The notes under the pieces are model-generated. The model searched no databases. It worked only from the letters and a program-made list of their open reading frames with translations, and was not told the DNA's origin. Of a stretch of DNA of 15,338 bases, positions 1-9,131 are shown piece after piece. The translations under genes and the position numbers were made by a program. This DNA is from a virus: UHGV virus genome UHGV-1839376, one strand, 5' to 3'. Each line of letters starts with the position of its first letter. The stretch's first letter is position 1.

Positions 1-64
1 ATTTCAATTCTATAGCTAAAACGTAATCAAATCATTCACATCCTTTCATATTTGACTCATGTAG

Positions 65-853
65 CCGAAACACGAAGTTAACCCACTGATGACTCTCCGC
101 CGCCTGCCGGATGAGGATCCGCAGAATCTCGCTGACCCGGTCTATCGCCGTCGCCGCATCATCCTTCAGAACATGAAGGATGAAGAGCTGGCGATTGCTC
201 AGGTCGAAGAGAAACAGGCTGTTTCGGCGGTGCTCAGCGGTAAATACACCATGACCGGGGAAGCGTTCGAGCCTGTTGAAGTCGATATGGGTCGCAGCGC
301 TGGTAACAACATTGTCCAGGCAGGTGCGGCTGCATGGTCAACCCGCGACAAAGAAACGTATGACCCGACCGATGACATTGAAGCGTACGCGCTTAATGCC
401 AGCGGTGTGATCAACATCATTGTGTTCGATCCGAAGGGCTGGGCGCTGTTCCGTTCCTTCAAGTCTGTTGAGAAGAAACTGGACACCCGTCGGGGTTCTA
501 ACTCAGAGCTGGAAACTGCCGTGAAAGACCTGGGTATGGCTGTTTCATACAAGGGTATGTATGGCGATGTGGCCATCGTGGTGTACTCCGGCCAGTACGT
601 CGAAAATGATGTCAAAAAGAACTATCTGCCGGATCTGACGATGGTTCTGGGTAATACACAGGCCCGTGGCCTCCGTACCTATGGCTGCATTCTTGATGCT
701 GATGCCCAGCGCGAAGGTATCAATGCCTCTACACGCTACCCGAAAAACTGGGTGCAGTCGGGGGATCCGGCGCGCGAATTCACCATGATTCAGTCAGCTC
801 CGCTGATGCTGCTGCCAGACCCTGACGCATTCGTCTCCGTCAAACTGGCATAA
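65..853 (+). pseudogene. E: Major capsid protein (lambda gpE-like), 5'-truncated fragment covering roughly the C-terminal 260 residues
   Basis: Translation PKHEVNPLMTLRRLPDEDPQNLADP...AREFTMIQSAPLMLLPDPDAFVSVKLA closely matches the C-terminal two thirds of lambda gpE as recalled. In-frame stops at 62-64 (TAG) and 53-55 (TGA); positions 1-61 are AT-rich and non-coding in all frames. Stop TAA 851-853. Confidence 0.85.
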
Positions 854-862
854 CTTCCCCCA

Positions 863-880
863 GTGGCCCTGTCGGGCCAC
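863..880 (+). other. Perfect 7-bp stem hairpin (GTGGCCC-TGTC-GGGCCAC) just after the capsid gene stop; possible mRNA stability or partial termination element
   Basis: Inverted repeat read directly from the sequence; no strong U-run follows, so not a canonical intrinsic terminator. Confidence 0.3.
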
Positions 881-898
881 CTTTCTGGAGTATTTCCC

Positions 899-1324
899 AT
901 GACAGAAAAAGAAAAGCTGGTCGCCCGCCTGAATGAACTTGGGACCCAGCTTAACCGCGAGGTCAGTTCCAGCGGCACCATTCAGGAACTAACGATGCGT
1001 ATTGCTGAGCTTGAAGAGGAGCTGGATGGAGACGCCATCTCGGTTGACGGTAAAAACGGCGTGCAGAATGCTTCCGACAGCACCGACAGCACCGACAGCA
1101 CCGACAGCACCGACAGCAATGTTGCTAACGTGGCAAAAGTAAAAACGGAATCGGCCACAACGGGTGACCTGGTATCAGTAGAAACGCTGGCCACCCTGCA
1201 TATTGACGCTCTGCATGCCACGCGTAACGAACCGGTATCCATCGTAGAGCCTGGTGTGATTATCCGCGTATCTGAACAGGATGCCGACGACTTGATCGCA
1301 AAGGGGCTGGCTTTCGAAGTCTGA
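899..1324 (+). CDS. FI: Head assembly / DNA packaging accessory protein (lambda gpFI-like)
   Basis: N-terminus MTEKEKLVARLNELGTQLNREV and C-terminus LHIDALHATRNEPV resemble lambda FI as recalled. GGAG 9 nt upstream of ATG 899. The ORF-track start at 863 is a GTG lying inside the hairpin and is not used. Confidence 0.85.
   Translation: MTEKEKLVARLNELGTQLNREVSSSGTIQELTMRIAELEEELDGDAISVDGKNGVQNASDSTDSTDSTDSTDSNVANVAKVKTESATTGDLVSVETLATLHIDALHATRNEPVSIVEPGVIIRVSEQDADDLIAKGLAFEV
1076..1120 (+). repeat. Tandem 9-bp repeat (GACAGCACC) x4 perfect plus one degenerate copy, in-frame within FI, encoding (DST)n linker
   Basis: Directly visible: gacagcacc repeated at 1076, 1085, 1094, 1103, then gacagcaat at 1112. 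Confidence 0.9.
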
Positions 1325-1334
1325 AGGGGGCCAC

Positions 1335-1688
1335 ATGGCTGATTTCGATAATCTCTTTGACGAGGCCATGTCGCGAGCTGATAGAGCTATCCGTGGTGTG
1401 ATGGGTACAGAGGCAAAGGTGATGTCAGGCGAATTGTCAGGTGCCACCCTGGTCGGTGTATTCGATGATCCAGAAAACATCGGGTATGCCGGTGCCGGGA
1501 TTCGCGTTGAAGGTACCAGCCCGACGCTGTTTGTTAAAACCTCCACTGTCAGCCAGCTGCAGCGTATGGACACACTGGCGATTAACGGGCGGCAATTCTG
1601 GGTTGATCGTGTTGGTCCTGATGATTGTGGATCATGTCACATCTGGCTGGGTAACGGCTCTCCGCCTGCTGCTGCGCGCCGCCGTTAA
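1335..1688 (+). CDS. FII: Head-tail joining protein (lambda gpFII-like)
   Basis: MADFDNLFDEAMSRADRAIRG...FWVDRVGPDDCGSCHIWLG matches lambda FII (117 aa) as recalled. RBS AAGGGGG upstream. Confidence 0.9.
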   Translation: MADFDNLFDEAMSRADRAIRGVMGTEAKVMSGELSGATLVGVFDDPENIGYAGAGIRVEGTSPTLFVKTSTVSQLQRMDTLAINGRQFWVDRVGPDDCGSCHIWLGNGSPPAAARRR

Positions 1689-1697
1689 GGAGCGCTT

Positions 1698-2252
1698 ATG
1701 TCAATAAAAGGCCTTGAACAGGCGATAGAAAACCTTAACAGCATCAGCAAAACGGCTGTCCCGCGTGCGTCGGCGCAGGCTGTTAACCGCGTGGCAAACC
1801 GGGCCGTCAGTCGCAGCGTGGCGGTCGTATCAAAAGATACGCGCGTACCGAGAAAACTGGTAAAGCAACGCGCCAGGGTGAAGCGTGCGACGGTCAATAA
1901 ACCTCGTGCGCTTATCCGTGTAAACCGGGGCAATTTACCGGCCATTAAACTCGGTACCGCAAGCGTGCGACTTTCCCGCAGAAAACGGGACAAGAAAGGG
2001 GCCAACAGCGTTCTGCGTATAGGACCGTTCCGTTTTCCGGGCGGTTTTATCCAGCAACTTAAAAATGGCCGCTGGCATGTCATGAGGCGTACGTCAAAAC
2101 CTCGTTACCCCATTGAAGTGGTCAGCATCCCGCTGGCAGCTCCATTAACTACGGCGTTTAAAGAAGAACTGCCAAAGCTCATGGAGTCAGATATGCCCAA
2201 AGAACTCCGGGCATCCCTTACCAACCAACTCAGGTTAATTCTGACACGATGA
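1698..2252 (+). CDS. Z: Tail completion protein (lambda gpZ-like)
   Basis: MSIKGLEQAIENLNSISKTAVP...GGFIQQLKNGRWHVMRRT matches lambda Z as recalled. RBS AGGAG at 1687-1691. Confidence 0.9.
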   Translation: MSIKGLEQAIENLNSISKTAVPRASAQAVNRVANRAVSRSVAVVSKDTRVPRKLVKQRARVKRATVNKPRALIRVNRGNLPAIKLGTASVRLSRRKRDKKGANSVLRIGPFRFPGGFIQQLKNGRWHVMRRTSKPRYPIEVVSIPLAAPLTTAFKEELPKLMESDMPKELRASLTNQLRLILTR

Positions 2253-2647
2253 AACACAGCGATATTCGCAAGGTGATTATTGACGCGCTGGAGAGCGCGA
2301 TTGGTACTGACGCCATTTATTTTGACGGCAGACCTGCAGTGCTTGAAGAGGGTGATTTTCCCGCTGTTGCCGTTTACCTGACCGATGCGGAATACACCGG
2401 GGAAGAACTGGACGCCGACACTTGGCAGGCCATTCTGCATATCGAAGTCTTTCTTGAGGCTCAGGTACCTGATTCTGAGCTGGATGACTGGATGGAGACG
2501 CGAGTGTATCCGGTTCTCGCAGAGGTTCCTGGGCTTGAATCCCTTATCACCACAATGATCCAGCAGGGCTATGACTACCAGCGCGATGATGATATGGCGC
2601 TGTGGAGTTCTGCCGACCTGAAATATTCCATTACTTACGACATGTGA
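2249..2647 (+). CDS. U: Tail terminator protein (lambda gpU-like)
   Basis: [16 protein letters not shown]...[31 protein letters not shown]...[14 protein letters not shown] matches lambda U as recalled. ATGA start/stop overlap with Z. Confidence 0.9.
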   Translation: MKHSDIRKVIIDALESAIGTDAIYFDGRPAVLEEGDFPAVAVYLTDAEYTGEELDADTWQAILHIEVFLEAQVPDSELDDWMETRVYPVLAEVPGLESLITTMIQQGYDYQRDDDMALWSSADLKYSITYDM

Positions 2648-2654
2648 GGACCCT

Positions 2655-3392
2655 ATGGCCACACCAAACCCGCTGACACCAACAAAAGGTGCTGGTACCA
2701 CCCTCTGGGTTTACACCGGAACCGGAGATCCATACGCCAATCCGCTTTCAGACGTTGATTGGCTGCGGCTGGCAAAGATTAAAGACCTGCAGCCTGGCGA
2801 ACTGACAGCTGAATCGGAAGATGACACCTACATTGATGATGAGAATGCTGACTGGACATCAACGATGCAGGGGCAGAAATCAGCCGGCGAAACCAACCTG
2901 ACGCTCGCGTGGATGCCGGGAGATTCCGGCCAGCAGGACCTGGTGACCTGGTTCGATGAGGGCACCGTGAGGGGATATAAAATCAAATACCCAAATGGTG
3001 TCGTCGATGTGTTTAAGGGCTGGGTGAGCAGCCTCGGTAAAACCATCACTTCCAAAGAGGTCATGACCCGCACGGCCAAAATCACCAACAACGGCAAACC
3101 ATCGCTGGCAGAAGACAGCGGTACCGCGCCGATTGCAGTCACGGGGATCAGCCTGGATAAATCCACTGCGGCTGTGGCGATTGCGGCCACAACGCAACTG
3201 GTGGTGTCTGTCCTGCCAGCAAGTGCGTCAGATAAATCCTTCCGCGTAGCCAGCTCTGATCCTTCAAAAGCAACGGTCACAGTCAACGGCAATACCCTGA
3301 CCGTCACCGGGGTAGCTGCGGGCACCGTCGAAATCATCGTCATGAGCAATGACGGTAACTTTGTGGCGATCTGCAAAGTCACTGTTTCCTGA
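2655..3392 (+). CDS. V: Major tail tube protein (lambda gpV-like) with C-terminal Ig-like (Big_2-type) domain
   Basis: [45 protein letters not shown] matches lambda V as recalled; C-terminal segment has Ig-like character. Confidence 0.9.
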   Translation: MATPNPLTPTKGAGTTLWVYTGTGDPYANPLSDVDWLRLAKIKDLQPGELTAESEDDTYIDDENADWTSTMQGQKSAGETNLTLAWMPGDSGQQDLVTWFDEGTVRGYKIKYPNGVVDVFKGWVSSLGKTITSKEVMTRTAKITNNGKPSLAEDSGTAPIAVTGISLDKSTAAVAIAATTQLVVSVLPASASDKSFRVASSDPSKATVTVNGNTLTVTGVAAGTVEIIVMSNDGNFVAICKVTVS

Positions 3393-3396
3393 TAGC

Positions 3397-3412
3397 CGGG
3401 GCGTGAGCCCCG
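3397..3412 (+). other. GC-rich hairpin (CGGGGC-GTGA-GCCCCG, GNRA-type loop) after the major tail gene
   Basis: Perfect 6-bp inverted repeat read from the sequence; only 2 T follow, so at most a weak terminator or stability element. Confidence 0.3.
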
Positions 3413-3430
3413 TTCCCACCTGGAGTAAAT

Positions 3431-3853
3431 ATGTTTCTAAAGAGCGAACTGCTTGAAAGCAACGGCAGCAGCGTCACATTGTTCCAGCTTTCGGCGCTGC
3501 AGCGTATTGAATACCTCGAATACCTGAAGCAGCTGGAGGCAGTTGAAGCAGGCGATTTTCAGGCAGCCATCACCCTCACCGTAAAAAGTGGGGCGTTCCT
3601 CGTGGCGATGTCGCTATGGCGCGGCCACGAACTGAAAGGCTCCCAGGGAGAAAATGCGGCGGCGGAAGTGGCAAAGATTCAGGATGAGGTCATGCAGTCA
3701 TGGCCAACCGAACTTGTTGCCGAAGCGGAATATAAGGTGAAACTCCTGTCCGGGATGATTGCGCCGGTAACTGATGACCAGGCAGCGTCCGGCGAAGAAG
3801 GTAATGAACCCGCTGAACCCGCTACTGCGGAAAAGTCCTCGCCAGTGAGCTGA
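3431..3853 (+). CDS. G: Tail assembly chaperone (lambda gpG-like)
   Basis: MFLKSELLESNGSSVTLFQLSALQRIEYL...GAFLVAMSLW matches lambda G as recalled. RBS GGAG 5 nt upstream. Confidence 0.9.
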   Translation: MFLKSELLESNGSSVTLFQLSALQRIEYLEYLKQLEAVEAGDFQAAITLTVKSGAFLVAMSLWRGHELKGSQGENAAAEVAKIQDEVMQSWPTELVAEAEYKVKLLSGMIAPVTDDQAASGEEGNEPAEPATAEKSSPVS

Positions 3854-4182
3854 ATTTTGCCATGAAACTGGCGCGTGAGTTCGGTCGCCCGGACTGGCGT
3901 GCCATGCTTGCTGGCATGTCCTCAACGGAGTATGGCGACTGGAAAATCTTCTATCAGGACAATTACTTTCATGATGTGCAGCTGGACGCTCACTTCTCCG
4001 GCTTGCTCTACACCATCTCAACCATGTTTTTTGCCGATCCGGAGTTAACCCCGGACAGTTTCAGCATTCTTAATACTGCACAGGAACCCATCGACATTGA
4101 TGAACCGGATGACAATACGCTGATGGCGAAGGCTGCAGGTATTTCAGGAGGCGTGCGCTATGGCCCAGACGGCAGTCGGTGA
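3431..4182 (+). CDS. GT: Tail assembly chaperone G-T fusion made by programmed -1 ribosomal frameshift near 3829-3835 (GGAAAAG); T portion about 3835-4182
   Basis: The -1 frame is open from 3817 and encodes ...LAREFGRPDWRAMLAGMSSTEYGDW..., lambda gpT-like as recalled. The ATG at 3862 has no RBS. The G frame stops at 3851-3853. The only shifty motif in the overlap is A-AAG at 3832-3835. Confidence 0.75.
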
Positions 4183-6676
4183 TCTGGTCGTTAACCTTGA
4201 CGTTAACTCGTCGAAATTCAGCGAGCAGCTTAACTACGTCAAAAAAGAATTAAAACAGACCGGCAATGCGGCAAACGACGAAGCGTTACGTATCCAGCAG
4301 TCCTTCATCCGCCAGGAGAACGCCGCGCGTAAGGCCGGTATTTCAGTGGGTCAGTATAACGCCGCAATGCGTATGCTCCCGGCGCAGTTTACCGATGTGG
4401 CCACGCAGCTGGCAGGTGGGCAGAACCCCTGGCTGATTCTGCTTCAGCAGGGTGGTCAGGTTAAGGACTCCTTTGGCGGGATCATCCCGACATTCCGGGC
4501 GCTGATTGGGACGGTTTCCCCGTTGATGGTCGGCATTGGTGCATTGTCCGTTGCAACGGGCGCGTTGTTCTATGCCTGGTACCAGGGCTCTTCCACTCTG
4601 TCTGATTTCAACAAAACGCTGGTACTGTCGGGCAACACAGCCGGACTGACAGCTGACCGCATTCTGGCGCTGGCGCGGAACGGACAGGCAGCGGGGCTGA
4701 CCTTCAACCAGACCAGTGAAGCGCTGACCGAGCTTATCAACGCGGGGGTGCGTGCTGGCTCGCGCTTTGATGACATGAGCCAGGCGGTGTCGCGGTTTAC
4801 CGATGCCTCCGGCGTGCCGGTGGAGAAAGTCGCAGCAGCCTACGGCAAGCTCGCAACGGACCCGACATCGGGCCTGATCGCGATGGCCCAGCAGTTCCAT
4901 AACGTTACCGCTGAACAGATTGCCCATGTGGCGCAGCTGCAGCGTGCCGGTGATGAGGCTGGCGCACTGCAGGCGGCTAACGAGGCTGCTACAGCCGGAT
5001 TCAACGATCAGACCAAAGCCATCCGCGACAATATGGGGACGATAGAGTCTTCAGCGGACTCCCTGAAGCGCGCCTTCAAGTCGATGTGGGATGCAGCCCT
5101 CGATATTGGCCGACCTGACACCGCGCAGGAGATGGTGGCAAAAGCCGAAGCCGCGTTCAAAAAAGCTGATGAAATCTGGAACCTGCGTAAAGGTGACCGA
5201 TATGTCAATGATGAGGCTCGCGCCCGATTCTGGAATGACCGCGAAACGGCCAGGCTTGCGCTGGATATGGCGCAGCAGCAGGCGGGAATTGCCAGGGCGA
5301 ACGAAGAGAATGCATCGCGCGAAGCGGCTGCGGAATCGGATCGCCAGAAGTATGCTGCGCAGGCACAGGCAAACTATGCCAAAACGCAGACGGCACTGGA
5401 GAAATACACGGCCAGGCAGAGCGAGCTCAACAAGGCGCTGAAAGAGGGGCGGATCCTCCAGGCTGACTACAACATCAACCTGGCTGCCGCGAAAAAAGAG
5501 TACGAAGACACCCTTAAAAAGCCGAAGAAAACACCTGCAGTCAGGACTCCTGCCGGTACCCGTGCAACCGATGCGGCCAGCGCCCAGACGATGGAGCTGG
5601 AAGCACAGCTGCGCACCCTGCAGGAGCATAAGGGGATAAATGACACCATCAGCCAGCAGCGTCAGGAGCTGTGGCGTAAGCAGTCCCGTTTTACGGTTCT
5701 GGAAGAGGCCGCGAAGACCCGGACGCTTTCTGCCGAGGAAAAATCCCTGCTGGCCAGTAAAAGCGAGGTGCTTTCCCGTGCGGAGCTGAACGCGAAGCTC
5801 GGCGATCAGATAGTGGCGCAGGAGCGGCTTAATCGCCTGCAGGATACGTCCCAAAAATACGTCACGCAGATCGGCGAGAAAACCCGAGCCCTGGCGGAAA
5901 GTGCTGGTATGAGCAGTCGTGCAGCACAACGCCGCAACGAGGAGGCCCAGCTTCTTCAGGGGTGGAAAAATGGTGGAGGTTCCGAAAACGATGCCGGTTA
6001 TCAGAATGAGCTGCAGGGGCTGCATGCGTATTACGCCGAGCAGGATAAGCTTCGGGGTGACTGGCAATCCGGAGCCAAATCCGCATGGGCAGATTATGTT
6101 GATTCTGCTTCTGATGCTTATGGCCAGATGAAGTCGTTTGCCAGCAGTACGTTTGATGGCATTGGGCAAAATATGGCTGACATGCTGACGCGCGGAAAGG
6201 CTGACTGGGCTGACTTCACCCGCTCCACGCTCTCCATGCTGACACAGATCCTGCTGAAACAGGCGATGGTAGGCCTGGTGGATTCAGCATCAACCGCGCT
6301 GGGATTTGCAGGTGGCGGTTATACCGGTTCAGGCGGGAAATATGAGCCAGCAGGTGTCGTTCACCGTGGTGAGTTTGTTTTCACCAAAGAGGCTACCAGC
6401 AGGATCGGCGTCGGCAATCTTTACCGGATGATGAAAGGCTATGCAACGGGAGGGTATGTCGGGGGCGGTGGTACAGGCCCGGCTGCAGCACCTTTCGGTG
6501 TCAGTGTGTATGCCCCGGTGACGGTCGAGAATGCTTCCGGTAACGCACAGCAGCAAAACGACGGAGACAGGCTGGGTAAGGCGTATCAGCAGGTGATTAA
6601 CAAATCTGTCAATGATGGTATCGCCAGGGCAATCCAGCCCGGTGGGCTTATCTGGAATGCGACCAATCGCAGGTAA
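4160..6676 (+). CDS. H: Tail tape measure protein (lambda gpH-like)
   Basis: 838 aa; long blocks such as GISVGQYNAAMRMLPAQFTDVATQLAGGQNPWLILLQQGGQVKDSFGG and GGKYEPAGVVHRGEFVFTKEATSRIGVGNLYRMMKGYATGGYVG match lambda H as recalled. AGGAGG RBS; start overlaps the T stop. Confidence 0.92.
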   Translation: MAQTAVGDLVVNLDVNSSKFSEQLNYVKKELKQTGNAANDEALRIQQSFIRQENAARKAGISVGQYNAAMRMLPAQFTDVATQLAGGQNPWLILLQQGGQVKDSFGGIIPTFRALIGTVSPLMVGIGALSVATGALFYAWYQGSSTLSDFNKTLVLSGNTAGLTADRILALARNGQAAGLTFNQTSEALTELINAGVRAGSRFDDMSQAVSRFTDASGVPVEKVAAAYGKLATDPTSGLIAMAQQFHNVTAEQIAHVAQLQRAGDEAGALQAANEAATAGFNDQTKAIRDNMGTIESSADSLKRAFKSMWDAALDIGRPDTAQEMVAKAEAAFKKADEIWNLRKGDRYVNDEARARFWNDRETARLALDMAQQQAGIARANEENASREAAAESDRQKYAAQAQANYAKTQTALEKYTARQSELNKALKEGRILQADYNINLAAAKKEYEDTLKKPKKTPAVRTPAGTRATDAASAQTMELEAQLRTLQEHKGINDTISQQRQELWRKQSRFTVLEEAAKTRTLSAEEKSLLASKSEVLSRAELNAKLGDQIVAQERLNRLQDTSQKYVTQIGEKTRALAESAGMSSRAAQRRNEEAQLLQGWKNGGGSENDAGYQNELQGLHAYYAEQDKLRGDWQSGAKSAWADYVDSASDAYGQMKSFASSTFDGIGQNMADMLTRGKADWADFTRSTLSMLTQILLKQAMVGLVDSASTALGFAGGGYTGSGGKYEPAGVVHRGEFVFTKEATSRIGVGNLYRMMKGYATGGYVGGGGTGPAAAPFGVSVYAPVTVENASGNAQQQNDGDRLGKAYQQVINKSVNDGIARAIQPGGLIWNATNRR

Positions 6677-6681
6677 CAGTT

Positions 6682-7029
6682 ATGACGATAGAAACATTCC
6701 CCTGGGGCATTAAGGTTTCCAGCCAGCCCACCGAGGGAAGTAAAGACATAGTCAGGAAAGTCCAGTTCGGCGACGGGTACGCACAGGTGAGCGGCTCCGG
6801 CCTGAATGATGAGATTCGCACCTATGAATATTCCTTTTCAGGAGATCCGACTACAGCGAATGAAATCCATGCCTTCCTTCGTCGGCATAAAGTGAAGTCA
6901 TTTATTTTCACTCCGCCTTTCGGCGATACCGCGCTGTGGCGTGTAGAGGCTGACACGCTCAAAAAGGTGGTTAAAAACGTAAAAGTGATAACCGTAACCG
7001 CAACGTTTGAACAGGCATTTACACCATGA
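6682..7029 (+). CDS. M: Minor tail protein (lambda gpM-like)
   Basis: Size, position after H and the VRKVQFGDGY motif match lambda M (VRKVRFGDGY as recalled). Confidence 0.85.
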   Translation: MTIETFPWGIKVSSQPTEGSKDIVRKVQFGDGYAQVSGSGLNDEIRTYEYSFSGDPTTANEIHAFLRRHKVKSFIFTPPFGDTALWRVEADTLKKVVKNVKVITVTATFEQAFTP

Positions 7030-7781
7030 GTCTTAATGCTGATTATCAAAAACTTGAGCCGGGCAATGAAGTCCGGCTTTTTTCTGTCGATGGTACAGCG
7101 TTCGGTATGTCAGATGTGCTCCGCTTCCACGCACACAATATCGCGCACACCCCGGAAGAGATTGAAGCCGCAGGCGGCGACGAGAATAAACTTCCGGCGA
7201 AGTCCATCTGGTGGCAGGGGGAGGAGTATAAAGCCTGGCCGTGTCAGGTTGAGGGTATTGAAGCGACCACGGATGGTACCAGCCCACAGCCAAAACTGAG
7301 GGTGGCGAACCTGGACAGCTCGATCTCAGCGCTCTGTCTGGCGTATGACGATCTGCTGCAGGCGAAAGTGAGTATCCACGACACGCTGGCACAGTATCTG
7401 GACGCCAGAAATTTTCCGCAGGGCAATCCCACTGCAGACCCGTCACAGGAAAAGCTGAAGGTCTTTTATATCGATGCCAGAAGCACCGAGACGGATGAAG
7501 TTGTCGAATTTACGCTTTCCAGTCCGATGGATTTACAGGGCCAGATGATTCCGACGCGTCAGCTGCATTCGTTATGCAGCTGGTGCATCCGGAACAAGTA
7601 CCGGACCGGCGACGGCTGCGACTATGCCGGAACGCGCTATTTCGACAAAAACAATAATCCGGTTGACGATCCCTCGCTGGATGTCTGCAACGGCACGCTG
7701 ACGGCCTGCAAGCTCCGGCACGGAGACAGCAACGAACTGCCGTTCGGCGGTTTCCCGGGTACATCTCTTATCAGGAGCTGA
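7026..7781 (+). CDS. L: Minor tail protein (lambda gpL-like) with C-terminal cysteine cluster
   Basis: C-terminal CSWCIRNKYRTGDGCDYAG...CNGTLTACKLRHGDSNELPFGGFPG resembles lambda L as recalled. ATGA overlap with M. Confidence 0.88.
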   Translation: MSLNADYQKLEPGNEVRLFSVDGTAFGMSDVLRFHAHNIAHTPEEIEAAGGDENKLPAKSIWWQGEEYKAWPCQVEGIEATTDGTSPQPKLRVANLDSSISALCLAYDDLLQAKVSIHDTLAQYLDARNFPQGNPTADPSQEKLKVFYIDARSTETDEVVEFTLSSPMDLQGQMIPTRQLHSLCSWCIRNKYRTGDGCDYAGTRYFDKNNNPVDDPSLDVCNGTLTACKLRHGDSNELPFGGFPGTSLIRS

Positions 7782-7782
7782 T

Positions 7783-8514
7783 ATGCGTCAGAAAACCATT
7801 GATGCCATCATGGCACACGCTGCAGCGGAATATCCGCGCGAGTGCTGCGGCGTGGTGGCACAGAAAAGCCGGGTTGAGCGCTATTTTCCCTGTCGTAATC
7901 TCGCAGCAGAGCCGACTGAACATTTTCACCTGTCCCCCGAAGATTACGCAGCGGCAGAAGACTGGGGGACGGTGGTAGCCATTGTTCACAGCCATCCTGA
8001 CGCGACGACACAGGCCAGCGAGCTTGATAAGGCGCAGTGTGATGCAACACTGCTGCCCTGGCATATTGTGAGCTGGCCAGAGGGGGATTTACGTACCATT
8101 CAGCCACGCGGGGAGCTCCCATTGCTGGAGCGACCGTTTGTGCTTGGCCACTTCGATTGCTGGGGTCTGGTAATGAGCTATTTCCGGCAGACCCACGGTA
8201 TCGAGCTCTACGATTACCGGGTGGATTATCCCTGGTGGGAAAACGACTACCCGGACAATTTCTATCAGGATTGCTGGTATGAATGCGGATTCAGGGAGTT
8301 TGACGGCCCGACTCAGGAAGGGGACCTCGTCATCATGCAGGTGCAGGCTGATAAGTGGAATCATGCCGGGATTTTACTGGAGGGTAACATGCTGCTGCAC
8401 CATCTTTACGGGCATCTGAGCCAGCGAGTTCCTTATGGCGGATACTGGCAGGAGCGCACGATGAAGATCGTTCGCTATAAAGATGTAATGGCAGGTGAAA
8501 CATGCAGGAAGTAA
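7783..8514 (+). CDS. K: Tail assembly protein (lambda gpK-like) with JAB/MPN (JAMM) and NlpC/P60-like regions
   Basis: JAMM motif H-S-H-x7-S-x2-D visible in AIVHSHPDATTQASELD; a Cys-containing GHFDCWGLV segment follows. Position between L and I. Confidence 0.88.
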   Translation: MRQKTIDAIMAHAAAEYPRECCGVVAQKSRVERYFPCRNLAAEPTEHFHLSPEDYAAAEDWGTVVAIVHSHPDATTQASELDKAQCDATLLPWHIVSWPEGDLRTIQPRGELPLLERPFVLGHFDCWGLVMSYFRQTHGIELYDYRVDYPWWENDYPDNFYQDCWYECGFREFDGPTQEGDLVIMQVQADKWNHAGILLEGNMLLHHLYGHLSQRVPYGGYWQERTMKIVRYKDVMAGETCRK

Positions 8515-9089
8515 TGACCCGCATTGAGCTTGGCGGCGTGCTCGGGAAATCATTCGGTAAAATTCACCACCGCCTGATTTCCCGTGTAAGCGAGGCGGGA
8601 GTGGCGCTCGCAAAGACTATTCCGGGCTTTGAGCAGTTTATGATTTCCAGCCAGCGCCGTGGGCTCACATACTCCGTATTTAAGGGTAAAAAAAACATCG
8701 GTGTGGATGACCTCGGTTTCCCGGTTACCGGCGATGTTATCCGCATTGTCCCGGTAATCATCGGGAGTAAAAAAGCCGGTTTGATTCAAACTATCCTGGG
8801 CGCAGTATTAGTGATTGCATCGATCTGGATGCCAGGTCTGAGTATAGCTGCCAGCAATATGATGTTTGCTGCTGGTGCGTCCATAACGCTGGGGGGGGTA
8901 GTTCAGATGATATCCCCTCAGGCTACAGGGCTGGCCAGCAAACAGAGCTCAGATAACCGCGCCTCATACGCGTTCGGCGGAGTCACAAATACCGCCGCAC
9001 AGGGTTACCCGGTTCCGCTCCTGTACGGCCGCCGGAGAATCGGCGGGGCAATTATTTCTGCCGGAATTTATGTCGAAGATCAGCAGTAG
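8502..9089 (+). CDS. I: Tail assembly protein (lambda gpI-like)
   Basis: Position and size; VIRIVPVIIGSKKAGL, hydrophobic Gly/Ala-rich middle and C-terminal VPLLYG motif as in lambda I. Start overlaps the K 3' end. Confidence 0.85.
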   Translation: MQEVMTRIELGGVLGKSFGKIHHRLISRVSEAGVALAKTIPGFEQFMISSQRRGLTYSVFKGKKNIGVDDLGFPVTGDVIRIVPVIIGSKKAGLIQTILGAVLVIASIWMPGLSIAASNMMFAAGASITLGGVVQMISPQATGLASKQSSDNRASYAFGGVTNTAAQGYPVPLLYGRRRIGGAIISAGIYVEDQQ

Positions 9090-9106
9090 TTAACAAACCT
9101 TTTTAC

Positions 9107-9131
9107 AAGCCACCTTCGGGTGGCTTTTTTT
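9107..9131 (+). terminator. Rho-independent terminator-like hairpin between I and J (8-bp stem AAGCCACC/GGTGGCTT, UUCG loop, 7-T run)
   Basis: Perfect inverted repeat with TTCG loop followed by TTTTTTT, read directly from the sequence. Confidence 0.55.

Noticed and set aside
863-898. GTG 863 as the FI start
   Set aside because: The GTG sits inside the perfect hairpin; ATG 899 has an RBS and matches the lambda FI N-terminus.
1076-1120. Tandem repeat as a CRISPR-like or diversity-generating (DGR) element
   Set aside because: The unit is only 9 bp with no spacers, and lies inside a coding linker. No reverse transcriptase gene or template/variable repeat pair is visible in the window.
1441-1707. 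Alternative-frame ORF (88 aa) overlapping FII
   Set aside because: Entirely inside the FII coding region in another frame, with no support.
3862-4182. ORF-track gene starting at ATG 3862 as an independent T gene
   Set aside because: No RBS upstream; the frame is open from 3817 and overlaps the G 3' end in -1 register, as expected for the G-T frameshift product.
5051-6169. Long minus-strand ORF (372 aa) and other antisense ORFs (for example 2105-2701, 4343-4927, 9957-10295)
   Set aside because: They lie entirely inside well-supported plus-strand structural genes (H, U/V, J), have Arg/Pro/Cys-rich low-complexity translations typical of shadow ORFs in GC-rich coding DNA, and show no RBS or homology.
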